Below are positions 18,257 through 26,404 of a stretch of 64,000 nucleotides of DNA, in pieces. The position numbers and the translations under genes were made by a program. The notes under the pieces were generated by a model. It saw nothing but the letters and a program-made list of their open reading frames with translations, was not told the DNA's origin and made no database searches. Position 1 is the stretch's first letter. Every line of letters begins with the position of its first letter. Origin of the DNA: Candidatus Micrarchaeota archaeon (GTDB taxonomy: Archaea > Micrarchaeota > Micrarchaeia > Micrarchaeales > CABMGC01); the NCBI GenBank assembly GCA_021792095.1, contig JAJYVH010000001.1:125974-189973 (forward strand). The letters run 5' to 3'.

Positions 18257-18871
18257 GTGCCAGATACAGTGCTTGTAACCGGTTTTGGACCCTTCCTTAG
18301 CTACGACTACAATCCTTCTGGTGCGATAGCAAAGAGGCTTGACGGCAAGCGCATAGCTGGCAAAAATGTTGTTGGCAGGGTACTGAAGGTCGGGCATATA
18401 GAGGTAGGGAAGGAACTGGAGGAGCACATCAGAGAGCACAAACCGAGCATCGTCATAGCGCTCGGGCTGAACGCTGCCTCAGGATGCATAAGCCTGGAGA
18501 GAGTGGCGATAAACAGGTACTACTACAAGGACGCTGACGGGGAGATTGACGAGCCTTTGCGCGGTAACGGGCCTGCGGCCTATTTCTCCACGTTGCCGCT
18601 GGCAGCGATAAAGAAGGTGCTGCAGGGCCATGGCATACCGGCAGAGTTCTCGTTCTCTTCTGACACGTACGTTTCGAACGAGACGTTCTACGAACTAATG
18701 CGGCTAGCATATAAGCATAAGATAAAGCGGGCGGGCTTCGTTCATGTGCCGCTTATCCCGAAGCAGGTGGTCGGCATCGACAAGCCGCACTACACAGTGC
18801 GCCAAAGAATACCCAGCATGGACGAGGGCATGATCGAGAAAGCGGTAGGGTGGACTATACAGACATGCTAG
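18257..18871 (+). CDS. pcp: Pyroglutamyl-peptidase I (C15) homolog with catalytic Cys replaced by Ser
   Basis: VLVTGFGPF, NPS, LERVAIN, AYFSTLP, TYVSN (canonical TYVCN), GFVHVP. Confidence 0.88.
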   Translation: MPDTVLVTGFGPFLSYDYNPSGAIAKRLDGKRIAGKNVVGRVLKVGHIEVGKELEEHIREHKPSIVIALGLNAASGCISLERVAINRYYYKDADGEIDEPLRGNGPAAYFSTLPLAAIKKVLQGHGIPAEFSFSSDTYVSNETFYELMRLAYKHKIKRAGFVHVPLIPKQVVGIDKPHYTVRQRIPSMDEGMIEKAVGWTIQTC

Positions 18872-19016
18872 CGGAACCGTAGGCGTGCAGCGCGTGCACA
18901 GCACTTGATGACGCCAGCCACATGCCATTCAGGTAGTTCAGCTCGCCCAGAAAGTAGGCAATGAAGAACACTACAGCGAGCACAAACACAACTAGCACCA
19001 GTCCGTAGAACGACAT
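18855..19016 (-). CDS. Small single-TM protein (53 aa), last gene of the pilin-like cluster; absent from the ORF track
   Basis: MSFYGLVLVVFVLAVVFFIAYFLGELNYLNGMW...; ATG directly follows the stop of 19017..19394. Confidence 0.5.
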   Translation of the reverse strand: MSFYGLVLVVFVLAVVFFIAYFLGELNYLNGMWLASSSAVHALHAYGSASMSV

Positions 19017-19394
19017 TCAGCCACCAACCACCACACAGACGCGCTGTGTTGTATTGACTGCGACGAGGCGTATGTCACCGCACGTGGAGTTCGCGAGCGT
19101 GTTGGCGCTTACGCTCATGCCCCCTACGTGCAGCTCCGCCCCGTAGTCATCTGCAATTGATTGCATGCATTGCGCACTGCTATCTAGCAGATACGCGCCA
19201 AGGCATGCGTTGGCGGTGGCGTTCTCGGCGAAGAGATTGAGCATATCGTATGCTGCCGCGCTGGAACGCAGCTGCCTCGCGCTCGATGCAAACGCTGACG
19301 TTTCGCCGTTCAGCTGCGTGTAGGCGAATGAGACAACCGAGGCTGCCAGCACAAGCGAGATGATGGCCTCTATAGTTGCGAACTGTGCCTTCAT
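19017..19394 (-). CDS. Pilin-like protein with class III signal peptide
   Basis: MKAQ|FATIEAIISLVLA (K-A-Q...E then hydrophobic helix). Confidence 0.75.
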   Translation of the reverse strand: MKAQFATIEAIISLVLAASVVSFAYTQLNGETSAFASSARQLRSSAAAYDMLNLFAENATANACLGAYLLDSSAQCMQSIADDYGAELHVGGMSVSANTLANSTCGDIRLVAVNTTQRVCVVVGG

Positions 19395-19398
19395 GCGC

Positions 19399-20397
19399 TT
19401 ACCCCCTTACGCTTACCTCCGAACCCAAGTAGTAGAGCGTCTCGTTCACCCCAGGGAAGCTAGGCCCCAGGGTGACGTTTATGGCATACAGGAAGGGAGA
19501 GGTGGCGGCGCACGCATACTCTCCGCCCTTGACTTCGCATGCGGCCTGCTGCGTGCTGCCTGCCACGAGCGCCCTCTCTGTGCTGTTGAAGTAGGCCACC
19601 GCCTGCTCTATGCTCGCCTGGGTAGCGGAATCGGCGCTTGTGCCGTTGTAGAACTTCAGCATCGGATAGAGCATGTTCCTGGACTGCTCGTAGGCGGAGT
19701 ACGCGGTCTGGTTAGCCAGCGACTGGGTGGCGTTGCCCCCGAGCACGGTCGCGCTCGCCTGCGCCTCAGTGCTGCTCACCCCCGAGACCTCGGCGCTCCC
19801 CACCGGCGAACCGGCAAGCAGGATTGCGGACACGCTGGCGTTGCTGCTGAGCCGCGCCTGCATCGTGCCGTATGGCGTAGAGAGTTCCAGGGTGAAGCCG
19901 TAGGCGTAGCCCCTGCTCCCGTTCGTCTCGAGCACGTAGTAGCTGGAGTTGTGCGGCACTATGCAGAAGGCGCCGTCCTGCGCCTGGCAGCCGTAGCCCG
20001 AGAAGTAGTACCACGCGTTGCTCGTGCCGCATTGGCCCGAGATGTTGAACGGGTGCCCGAAGAAGCCGAGATACACGCAGTGGCTGAACTGCGTCATGTT
20101 GACCAGATAGGAGGGCGAGCCCAGCCCGTACTTGATATATTCGCTCCTGTTGGAGATCTGCACCGCATACGACTGCTGCGGCGTGGCGTTCGGCTGCTGG
20201 GCTCCCGTCGTGCCGAGCAGGCTGGAGAAGCCGGAGAGGGTGGCATAGTACGAGGTGTTCGCCGTGCTGTCGGCCAGCGATGATATCGCGCCTGCCTGCG
20301 TCAACAGGCTGTGCGAGTAGAAAGTGACAACGAACAGGCACATCGCAGCCACGGCGCTGCCTATCAGCAGGAACTCCAGGCTAGCCTGTGCTCTCAT
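19399..20397 (-). CDS. Pilin-like protein with class III signal peptide (minor pilin/adhesin)
   Basis: MRAQASLEFLLIGSAVA; S/T/Y/C-rich extracellular domain with many NxS/T sequons. Confidence 0.82.
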   Translation of the reverse strand: MRAQASLEFLLIGSAVAAMCLFVVTFYSHSLLTQAGAISSLADSTANTSYYATLSGFSSLLGTTGAQQPNATPQQSYAVQISNRSEYIKYGLGSPSYLVNMTQFSHCVYLGFFGHPFNISGQCGTSNAWYYFSGYGCQAQDGAFCIVPHNSSYYVLETNGSRGYAYGFTLELSTPYGTMQARLSSNASVSAILLAGSPVGSAEVSGVSSTEAQASATVLGGNATQSLANQTAYSAYEQSRNMLYPMLKFYNGTSADSATQASIEQAVAYFNSTERALVAGSTQQAACEVKGGEYACAATSPFLYAINVTLGPSFPGVNETLYYLGSEVSVRG

Positions 20398-20749
20398 TCG
20401 AAACCACCAATAGGTAAGGCACCCCTGAAACTGTTACAAGCCTGCATACCTGCGAGCCGAAGGAGCATGCGCCGTTGCTAGGCGGGTACAGGCCGAAAGC
20501 CAGCCCCGTATTGCCAGCAATCCCGGAAATGATGCTTTCGGCATCTGTGAAGTTGGCGGCACTGCCGTCAACTGCGGCTGCGGCTGTTTGCGAATACTCG
20601 AATGCACCCAGTTGGCCGCGTTGCAGTTCTGCAAGATGCAGGGCGCTGCCCTGGGAGGAGTAGATATTGGAGAAGAGGAGCACGGCGGCCACGCCAAGTA
20701 TAGGCAGCGCCACCATCAGGTCGAGCGATATCAGGAACAGCTTGACCAT
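20381..20749 (-). CDS. Pilin-like membrane-anchored protein
   Basis: N-terminal ISLDLMVAL hydrophobic helix; coupled within the cluster. Confidence 0.65.
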   Translation of the reverse strand: MVKLFLISLDLMVALPILGVAAVLLFSNIYSSQGSALHLAELQRGQLGAFEYSQTAAAAVDGSAANFTDAESIISGIAGNTGLAFGLYPPSNGACSFGSQVCRLVTVSGVPYLLVVSNESTG

Positions 20750-20753
20750 AGTC

Positions 20754-20924
20754 TCATCCTTCCAACGCGGCGATCCCAGATGCCCCGGCCAACTGCCTTA
20801 TCGCAGCATACGTGTGCAGCGTGAACGCGTGCGCGCCGGCGAGCATAGAAACGAGCACCAGGGCCGTGAGGAGAGCGATGACCATCCCCACGAGCATCTC
20901 CGCGCTTATCTGCAGCCTTGCCAT
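20754..20924 (-). CDS. Small pilin-like protein with class III signal peptide
   Basis: MARLQISAEMLVGMVIALL (Q.S.E motif); ATG at 20924. Confidence 0.65.
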   Translation of the reverse strand: MARLQISAEMLVGMVIALLTALVLVSMLAGAHAFTLHTYAAIRQLAGASGIAALEG

Positions 20925-21153
20925 GCGAAAACCGATGTGGGCGGCTTGCGCCGCCCCTGTTTCTGGGTGATTGCCGGTCTTCCCGGCGCCATTATTACGC
21001 ACTAAAAGATTATATACTTTACTATAAGTTTGCACCATACATATAAATACTTTTACTCAGATAAACAAACAGGTAAGAGCGCAGGTCGAAGCGCTATACA
21101 AGCATTGACGTGGCTCATGCCACCGGCTAGAGCCGCTCCTGCTTCTGGGTGAT

Positions 21154-21444
21154 ATGACGAGAGTGAGCGTAGAGCATGGACAGGGAAAAACAGGACCGGA
21201 AAAAGTACACGAACGCGGCGATATGCGGGAACTGATGCGCTGCATCGTGGAACTCGCAAACCTTTGCGCGGAAAGTTCACGCGCAGGAGGCAATGCCTGG
21301 TACGAGCTTACCGTATACGTGCACAAGCACGGCATACAGTACCAGGTGGAGAGGCATGGTTCTGTCGTTGGCGGGGAAACCCGCCACCTGCCCCAGCATA
21401 CGCTCACTCAGTTCAGTTACTCTGGCCCGGTGCCTCCTCCATAA
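21154..21444 (+). CDS. Hypothetical protein
   Basis: 96-aa ORF with GGTGA SD-like motif upstream; no motif. Confidence 0.45.
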   Translation: MTRVSVEHGQGKTGPEKVHERGDMRELMRCIVELANLCAESSRAGGNAWYELTVYVHKHGIQYQVERHGSVVGGETRHLPQHTLTQFSYSGPVPPP

Positions 21445-21636
21445 ATAAGTCTGGCGGCATCTACAAGTCGATCAGGCGCAGCGCGGAACTGTATGCGATA
21501 GACGTGTTTTGCAGTGCCCCTGCTTTCGGGCTCTGGATGACATGAAGAACGCCGTGGTTTTCCAGCCAGGCAAAGATAAATAACTCTGCTCTGGAAAGCC
21601 CACTCTGCCAGAATGGGCTGCGCGAACCATCTCGCA

Positions 21637-22056
21637 CTAGGGAACGTCTTCTATGACGTGCTTGAGCGGGTCGTCTTTCGGCAATGGTCTCCGCAGAATG
21701 ACTAGCGGCACTGCTGCCGCACTGCGCTCCTCCGTTTTGCGGAAAAGTTCGGCCATCTCCCTACCAAGCTCGGTGCGCGAAAACGACCATACATATAAGT
21801 GGGACTGCCAGCCGGAGAGCCCTGAAAAAAATTTAGTGCACGAGGATCGGCGCTTGTATTTCACTGTGATGAGCCCATCCAGATAAAGCCGGCCGACTGC
21901 ATTAAGCGTCTTTGGCCAGACACCGAGGTCGCGGTCAACATCTAGGTTGGAAAGTTCAGCCATTTTCGGTATGGTGAAGTACCTGTTATCGCGCAGCTCA
22001 GCCATAATGCGTTCCTCGTCGCGCAGTGCGTTCACGCGTCTCTCCGCAAACACCAT
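21637..22056 (-). CDS. Hypothetical winged-helix-like protein
   Basis: FTIPKMAE...WPKT...LYLDGLI...FSRTELGR (wHTH wing motif x-T-x-x-G). Confidence 0.6.
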   Translation of the reverse strand: MVFAERRVNALRDEERIMAELRDNRYFTIPKMAELSNLDVDRDLGVWPKTLNAVGRLYLDGLITVKYKRRSSCTKFFSGLSGWQSHLYVWSFSRTELGREMAELFRKTEERSAAAVPLVILRRPLPKDDPLKHVIEDVP

Positions 22057-22129
22057 AAAAACAGCAAGTAAGCATGTATTTCAGCGCTATAAATAGATTG
22101 ACTTTGGGGGGCAGCAAAAGAGAAAATAA
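22054..22129 (-). promoter_or_regulatory. Duplicated ~75-bp promoter/leader element, copy 1
   Basis: Near-identical to 23797..23870; exact 29-bp core gtaagcatgtatttcagcgctataaatag (22068..22096); minus-strand TATA-like TATTTATA; ends at an ATG. Confidence 0.8.
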
Positions 22130-22206
22130 GGCGATCCCTGGAGCAGGCACAGGCTCTGAGACAGGCGAAAGGCCATTGAGGCAACTTGCCTCTTCCGTTT
22201 CCTGAA

Positions 22207-22773
22207 CTACGCTATCTTCAACCTTCTGCCGCGTTCAGCTTCGCGTTTGAGTTCGTTTCCTGGCGTCTCTGGCAGACCGCACTCCGATTCCCAGTGCCTG
22301 AGGCCTAGATCGGTTATCCTAAAATGCACCATACGCCTGTAGTCGCGCGTAGCCGACATGTCGCTGCAATAGCCTTTTGCCACAGAGGCTACAGTCCTCC
22401 ACATTTCCGACTCCCCGTCCCTTAACGCTATGAGCCCCTTACCCTCAAGACGCTCAAGTTCCAGGATCACGAAACGCATGCTGTTTTTCTTGCCAACGAC
22501 ACTTGCGTCGCTACATGCTTTGCGTATCTGGGATATGCTGCGCCATCCCTCTCCAAGATTCTTCGCCCCGAAGCTGTCCGCGTCTACCGTGCCCCTCCCG
22601 TAGTAGAGCACGCCGAGTATGACCGCTCCTTTCATGTTGCCTTCCCGCATGCCCACACGGGCTGCGCCGCGCAACACGCCATCAAAAACGCTCCGTTGTT
22701 CCCCATGCCTCTGCAGGCAGGCAAGCTGCGAAGATTCCGACAGTGCACCCCCGGCATTAATGCTCTCCTGCAC
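22207..22773 (-). CDS. Hypothetical winged-helix-like protein
   Basis: WRSISQIR...LERLEGKGLI...FRITDLGLRH. Confidence 0.6.
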   Translation of the reverse strand: MQESINAGGALSESSQLACLQRHGEQRSVFDGVLRGAARVGMREGNMKGAVILGVLYYGRGTVDADSFGAKNLGEGWRSISQIRKACSDASVVGKKNSMRFVILELERLEGKGLIALRDGESEMWRTVASVAKGYCSDMSATRDYRRMVHFRITDLGLRHWESECGLPETPGNELKREAERGRRLKIA

Positions 22774-22801
22774 TATAAATATTTTCGCTTATAATGCAGC
22801 A

Positions 22802-23665
22802 CTACAGGGCCAAGCTATCGCCAAGGAGCAGTGCTTCCATATTGTCTAGGTGCCTCTTCCCTTCATTTGTTATGCTGAAGCGCGCCATTTGATACAGGCG
22901 TGGTTCGATCTCGTCGCGCATTCCTTTAACACTTTCAGTCCTGAGCCACTTCTCGCAGGCGGCGCCGTACTTCTCGTCCAAGCCTACGAACTTCTGGCTG
23001 TGAAGATAGCCCAGCACCCTCTTGGTCCTGGGCCATTTGGTCTCGCTTCCTATGGCTTCATCGTATTTCAGTTTTATTTCGTACATGGAGAGCCGCTGGT
23101 GCAGCTCTATTATCTTCAGGAAAACCTCTCCTATGCCCTGCGTGTCCAAGACCAGCCTGCGCGCGAGATCGCTGACCGCCTCAGCCTTGCCCTTCTCAGT
23201 GAGCGCGAAAGGCACATAAGCTATTGCTTTTGGAAAATCGGTCCGCGCCCATGACGCGCCGCGCAGCTTGCCGGCTGCGTCACGCACCATGCCCAAATCG
23301 TGCACATACGCCCCTTCCTTTCCCATGCGTTTCGCTTTTTTGCTGTTATCGTTCCTGTATGCAACGTCTACAAGCCCGGCATCGAAGCAGTCGTGGACCA
23401 TGGCGAAACTGAAAGCGCGAAACTTCAGCGTCGAATTGCGTTTGTCCCTAACATATTCCAGCAGCTCTGCGATTGTGCCTGCCGCAGCTTCTCTCTTCGA
23501 CAGTGCATAACGTATCTCCTTTCCTAGCGTTTCGTGCCTGTGCGGAGCCCCCCCATCGTGCCTGAACGCTTCCACGAACGCCCTAGACGCATCTGCGCCA
23601 GCGTAGTATGCGGCGCCACTTGCATCTGCCTCGGCGCCAGCCGTTTTGTGACCATAGCCGCTCAT
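22802..23665 (-). CDS. Hypothetical protein with two winged-helix-like units
   Basis: TIAELL...DAGLVDV...FALTEKGK and LSMYEI...WPRT...FSITNEGKRH. Confidence 0.65.
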   Translation of the reverse strand: MSGYGHKTAGAEADASGAAYYAGADASRAFVEAFRHDGGAPHRHETLGKEIRYALSKREAAAGTIAELLEYVRDKRNSTLKFRAFSFAMVHDCFDAGLVDVAYRNDNSKKAKRMGKEGAYVHDLGMVRDAAGKLRGASWARTDFPKAIAYVPFALTEKGKAEAVSDLARRLVLDTQGIGEVFLKIIELHQRLSMYEIKLKYDEAIGSETKWPRTKRVLGYLHSQKFVGLDEKYGAACEKWLRTESVKGMRDEIEPRLYQMARFSITNEGKRHLDNMEALLLGDSLAL

Positions 23666-23796
23666 ACTCCCGCCCAAACACAGGACCGCATAGGAACTCT
23701 GGAATCTCTGGATTCCGCAAGCCTGCCTACGATCCTATCGGCAGTCCCGGCCGTATCCCTGGGCCACGGCGCATCGCACCGCCTCACCGCATATGC

Positions 23797-23870
23797 CATG
23801 AAAACAGCAGGTAAGCATGTATTTCAGCGCTATAAATAGGTTGCCTTTGGGGCGACAAAAGAGGTAATAA
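23797..23870 (-). promoter_or_regulatory. Duplicated ~75-bp promoter/leader element, copy 2
   Basis: Core 23811..23839 is identical to 22068..22096; precedes ATG 23799 of a 45-aa ORF (23662..23799) that is ATGA-coupled to 22802..23665. Confidence 0.8.
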
Positions 23871-23891
23871 AATGCTGCTCCAAGAGCATGC

Positions 23892-24728
23892 ATGCTCAAG
23901 ATCGGCTACCATATATCCGTCGCCGGAGGCATAAGCCTCGCCTTCGACAGGGCGGAGGGGCTGGGCTGCGGCTGCATGCAGGTGTTCGTGAGCAACCCGA
24001 GGGGCTGGGAGATAAAGAAGCTTGATGAGCGGGACGCCGGCAGCTTCAGGTCGAAGCGGAAGAGCACGGGCATAGAGCCGATAGCCCACATGCCCTACCT
24101 GCCGAACCTGGCATCGCCGAAAGAGGACGTGTACGCCAAGTCCAAGGAGGCGCTGGCCGGGACGCTCGAGCGCTGCAACCTGCTCGGGATCAGGTACCTG
24201 GTCATGCACCTGGGCAGCCACCTTGGCGAAGGAACCGAGAGGGGCAGGGAAAGGGTGGCCGACGCGATAAACGAGGCGGCGGGGCGCAGGGGCGACGTAA
24301 CGATGCTGCTCGAGAACGAGGCAGGGCAGCGCAACAGCGTGGGCTCCATGCTCGAAGAGCTGACGGCAATACACGGCATGGTCGACGGAAAAGGGGTAGG
24401 CTTCTGCCTCGACACGTGCCACGTCTTCGCCGCAGGCTACGACATACGCAGGCGCGATGTCGCCAAGGAGGTGGCCGACACGCTGGGCGCCGACAGGATA
24501 CTCTGCCTGCACCTTAACGACGCGAAGTACCCGCTGGGCTCAAGACTGGACAGGCACGCCGACATAGGGTTCGGGCACATAGGGAGGAAGGGGTTCGAGA
24601 CATTCTTCAGGGCCACAGGATTGGCGGATAAGCCCATGATAATGGAGACGCCGCTGGTCGAGACGCCGAAGGATGCGCGCGGCGAACTGCAGGCAGTAAG
24701 GAAGATGCTGAACGACGCGCTGGGCTAG
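23892..24728 (+). CDS. nfo: Endonuclease IV (AP endonuclease)
   Basis: IGYHISVAGG, QVF..NPR, HMPYLPNL, HLGS, LLEN.AG, CLDTCH, HLND, DRH..IG.G, MET. Confidence 0.96.
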   Translation: MLKIGYHISVAGGISLAFDRAEGLGCGCMQVFVSNPRGWEIKKLDERDAGSFRSKRKSTGIEPIAHMPYLPNLASPKEDVYAKSKEALAGTLERCNLLGIRYLVMHLGSHLGEGTERGRERVADAINEAAGRRGDVTMLLENEAGQRNSVGSMLEELTAIHGMVDGKGVGFCLDTCHVFAAGYDIRRRDVAKEVADTLGADRILCLHLNDAKYPLGSRLDRHADIGFGHIGRKGFETFFRATGLADKPMIMETPLVETPKDARGELQAVRKMLNDALG

Positions 24729-26335
24729 GGCCGTTCCCCGAGCGCAGCCCGCCTGACGAGTTCCACGAACAGGGGCGCCGGCCTCTCTAGCCTGGACTTC
24801 AGCTCCGGGTGCGCCTGCGTCCCTATGCCAAAGGAACCGCGCCACTCTGTGCTCTCCACCAGGGAACCGTCCAACGTAGTGGCACTTATGACGAGGCCCT
24901 TCCTCTGCATAAGGCCCCTGTACCTGTTGTTGAACTCGTACCTGTGCCTGTGCCTCTCGTGCACCACTTCAGTGCCGTACGCATTGCGCACTATCGTGCC
25001 CGGCTTGGTCCTGGCCGCCCAGTCGCCCAGCCTCATCGTGCCGCCCTTCCTCCTTATACCGCGCTGCTCCTCCATGAGCGCTATGACCTTGTGCCTCGCG
25101 CCGGGCTCGAACTCCGACGAGTTTGCGTCCTTCAGCCCGCAGACGTCGCGCGCGTACTCTATCACCATGAGCTGCATGCCCAGGCAGAGCCCGAGGAACG
25201 GGACCCTGTGCTCCCTGGCGTACCTTATGGCGGTTATCATCCCCTCGATGCCCCTCTTGCCGAAGCCGCCTGGCACTATCAGCGCGTCTGCGCCCCCGAG
25301 CAGCTCCTCCGGGCTGTGCTTGCCGCCCTCGAGCTCCTCCGACTCTATCCAGTCCACCTCAAGCCTGACATCGTTCAGGGCGCAGGCGTGCACCAGCGCC
25401 TCCTTGACGCTGACGTAAGAGTCCTTGAGGTACACGTACTTGCCCACTATCGCTACGCGGACCTTCCTCTCCTGCCCGTCTATCCTGGCGACGAGAGAAG
25501 CCCACGCGTCCAGCAGCTTCCTGTCCAGCCTGCCCCGCGGCATGCCGAGCCTGTCGAGCAGCATGGTGTCGAGGTGCTGGTCCATGAAGTGCAGTGGGAG
25601 CGCATACACGGTGTGCTGCGTGGAGTCGTCTATTATGCGCTCCTTGGACATGCCCGCGTAGAGCGCCAGTTTCTGCAGGGTCCGCTCCTCCATCGGCTTC
25701 TCCGACCTGCACACGAGGAAATCTGGCTTAATGCCGAGCTGCATCAGGCCCCTTATGCCGAGCTGCGCTGGCTTCGTCTTCTGCTCGCCCACGGCATCGA
25801 CCACAGGCACGTAAGTGAGGTTGATGAAAGCCATTGTGTGCGTGGCTGCCATCTGCCGCATGGCCTCTATGAAGTAGCCGTTCTCCAGGTCGCCCACGGT
25901 GCCCCCGACCTCTATGACCAGGACGTCGGCCCGCTTCTTCCTCGCCGCCTCCTCCACCATGCCGGCTATCTCGTTCGTCACGTGGGGTATCATCTGCACG
26001 TCCTCGCCCAGGTACTCGCCCCTGCGCTCCTTGTCTATTATGCGCGAGAAGAGCTTGCCGCCAGTTATCGAGGACACGTTGGTGAGGTTCTTGTTCATGA
26101 AGCGCTCGTACATGCCGAAGTCCATGTCGACCTCGCTCTTGTCGTCAAGCACGAAGACCTCGCCGTGCCTGAACGGGTTCATCGTGCCGCAGTCGTAGTT
26201 CAGGTATCCGTCGAACTTCAGGGGCACGGCGTTGTAGCCGTGGAGCTGCAGCATCTTGAGCAGCGAGGCCGTTATCCCGCCCTTGCCCATGCCGCTCATG
26301 AGCGAGCCCATGACCACGACGTACTTCGTTTGCAT
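24725..26335 (-). CDS. pyrG: CTP synthase
   Basis: GMGKG, HGEVFV, EVGGTVGD, KTKP, VPGGFG, GLCLGMQ, RHRHRYE, QAHPE. Confidence 0.98.
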   Translation of the reverse strand: MQTKYVVVMGSLMSGMGKGGITASLLKMLQLHGYNAVPLKFDGYLNYDCGTMNPFRHGEVFVLDDKSEVDMDFGMYERFMNKNLTNVSSITGGKLFSRIIDKERRGEYLGEDVQMIPHVTNEIAGMVEEAARKKRADVLVIEVGGTVGDLENGYFIEAMRQMAATHTMAFINLTYVPVVDAVGEQKTKPAQLGIRGLMQLGIKPDFLVCRSEKPMEERTLQKLALYAGMSKERIIDDSTQHTVYALPLHFMDQHLDTMLLDRLGMPRGRLDRKLLDAWASLVARIDGQERKVRVAIVGKYVYLKDSYVSVKEALVHACALNDVRLEVDWIESEELEGGKHSPEELLGGADALIVPGGFGKRGIEGMITAIRYAREHRVPFLGLCLGMQLMVIEYARDVCGLKDANSSEFEPGARHKVIALMEEQRGIRRKGGTMRLGDWAARTKPGTIVRNAYGTEVVHERHRHRYEFNNRYRGLMQRKGLVISATTLDGSLVESTEWRGSFGIGTQAHPELKSRLERPAPLFVELVRRAALGERP

Positions 26336-26404
26336 ACGCTATTCTGCGCGAACAGATTAAAAATATTTCGCAGGCGGCGCATGCATCTTGGTTCCGGTGA
26401 TGCA

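Noticed and set aside
22054-23870. Direct repeats as att sites or IS ends
   Set aside because: Both copies contain a TATA-like box and end at start codons; no transposase or integrase lies between them, so a duplicated promoter fits better.
24809-26404. N-terminal half of the 1052-aa ORF
   Set aside because: Antisense shadow of pyrG in GC-rich DNA; the ATPase most plausibly starts at ATG 26405 after GGTGA.
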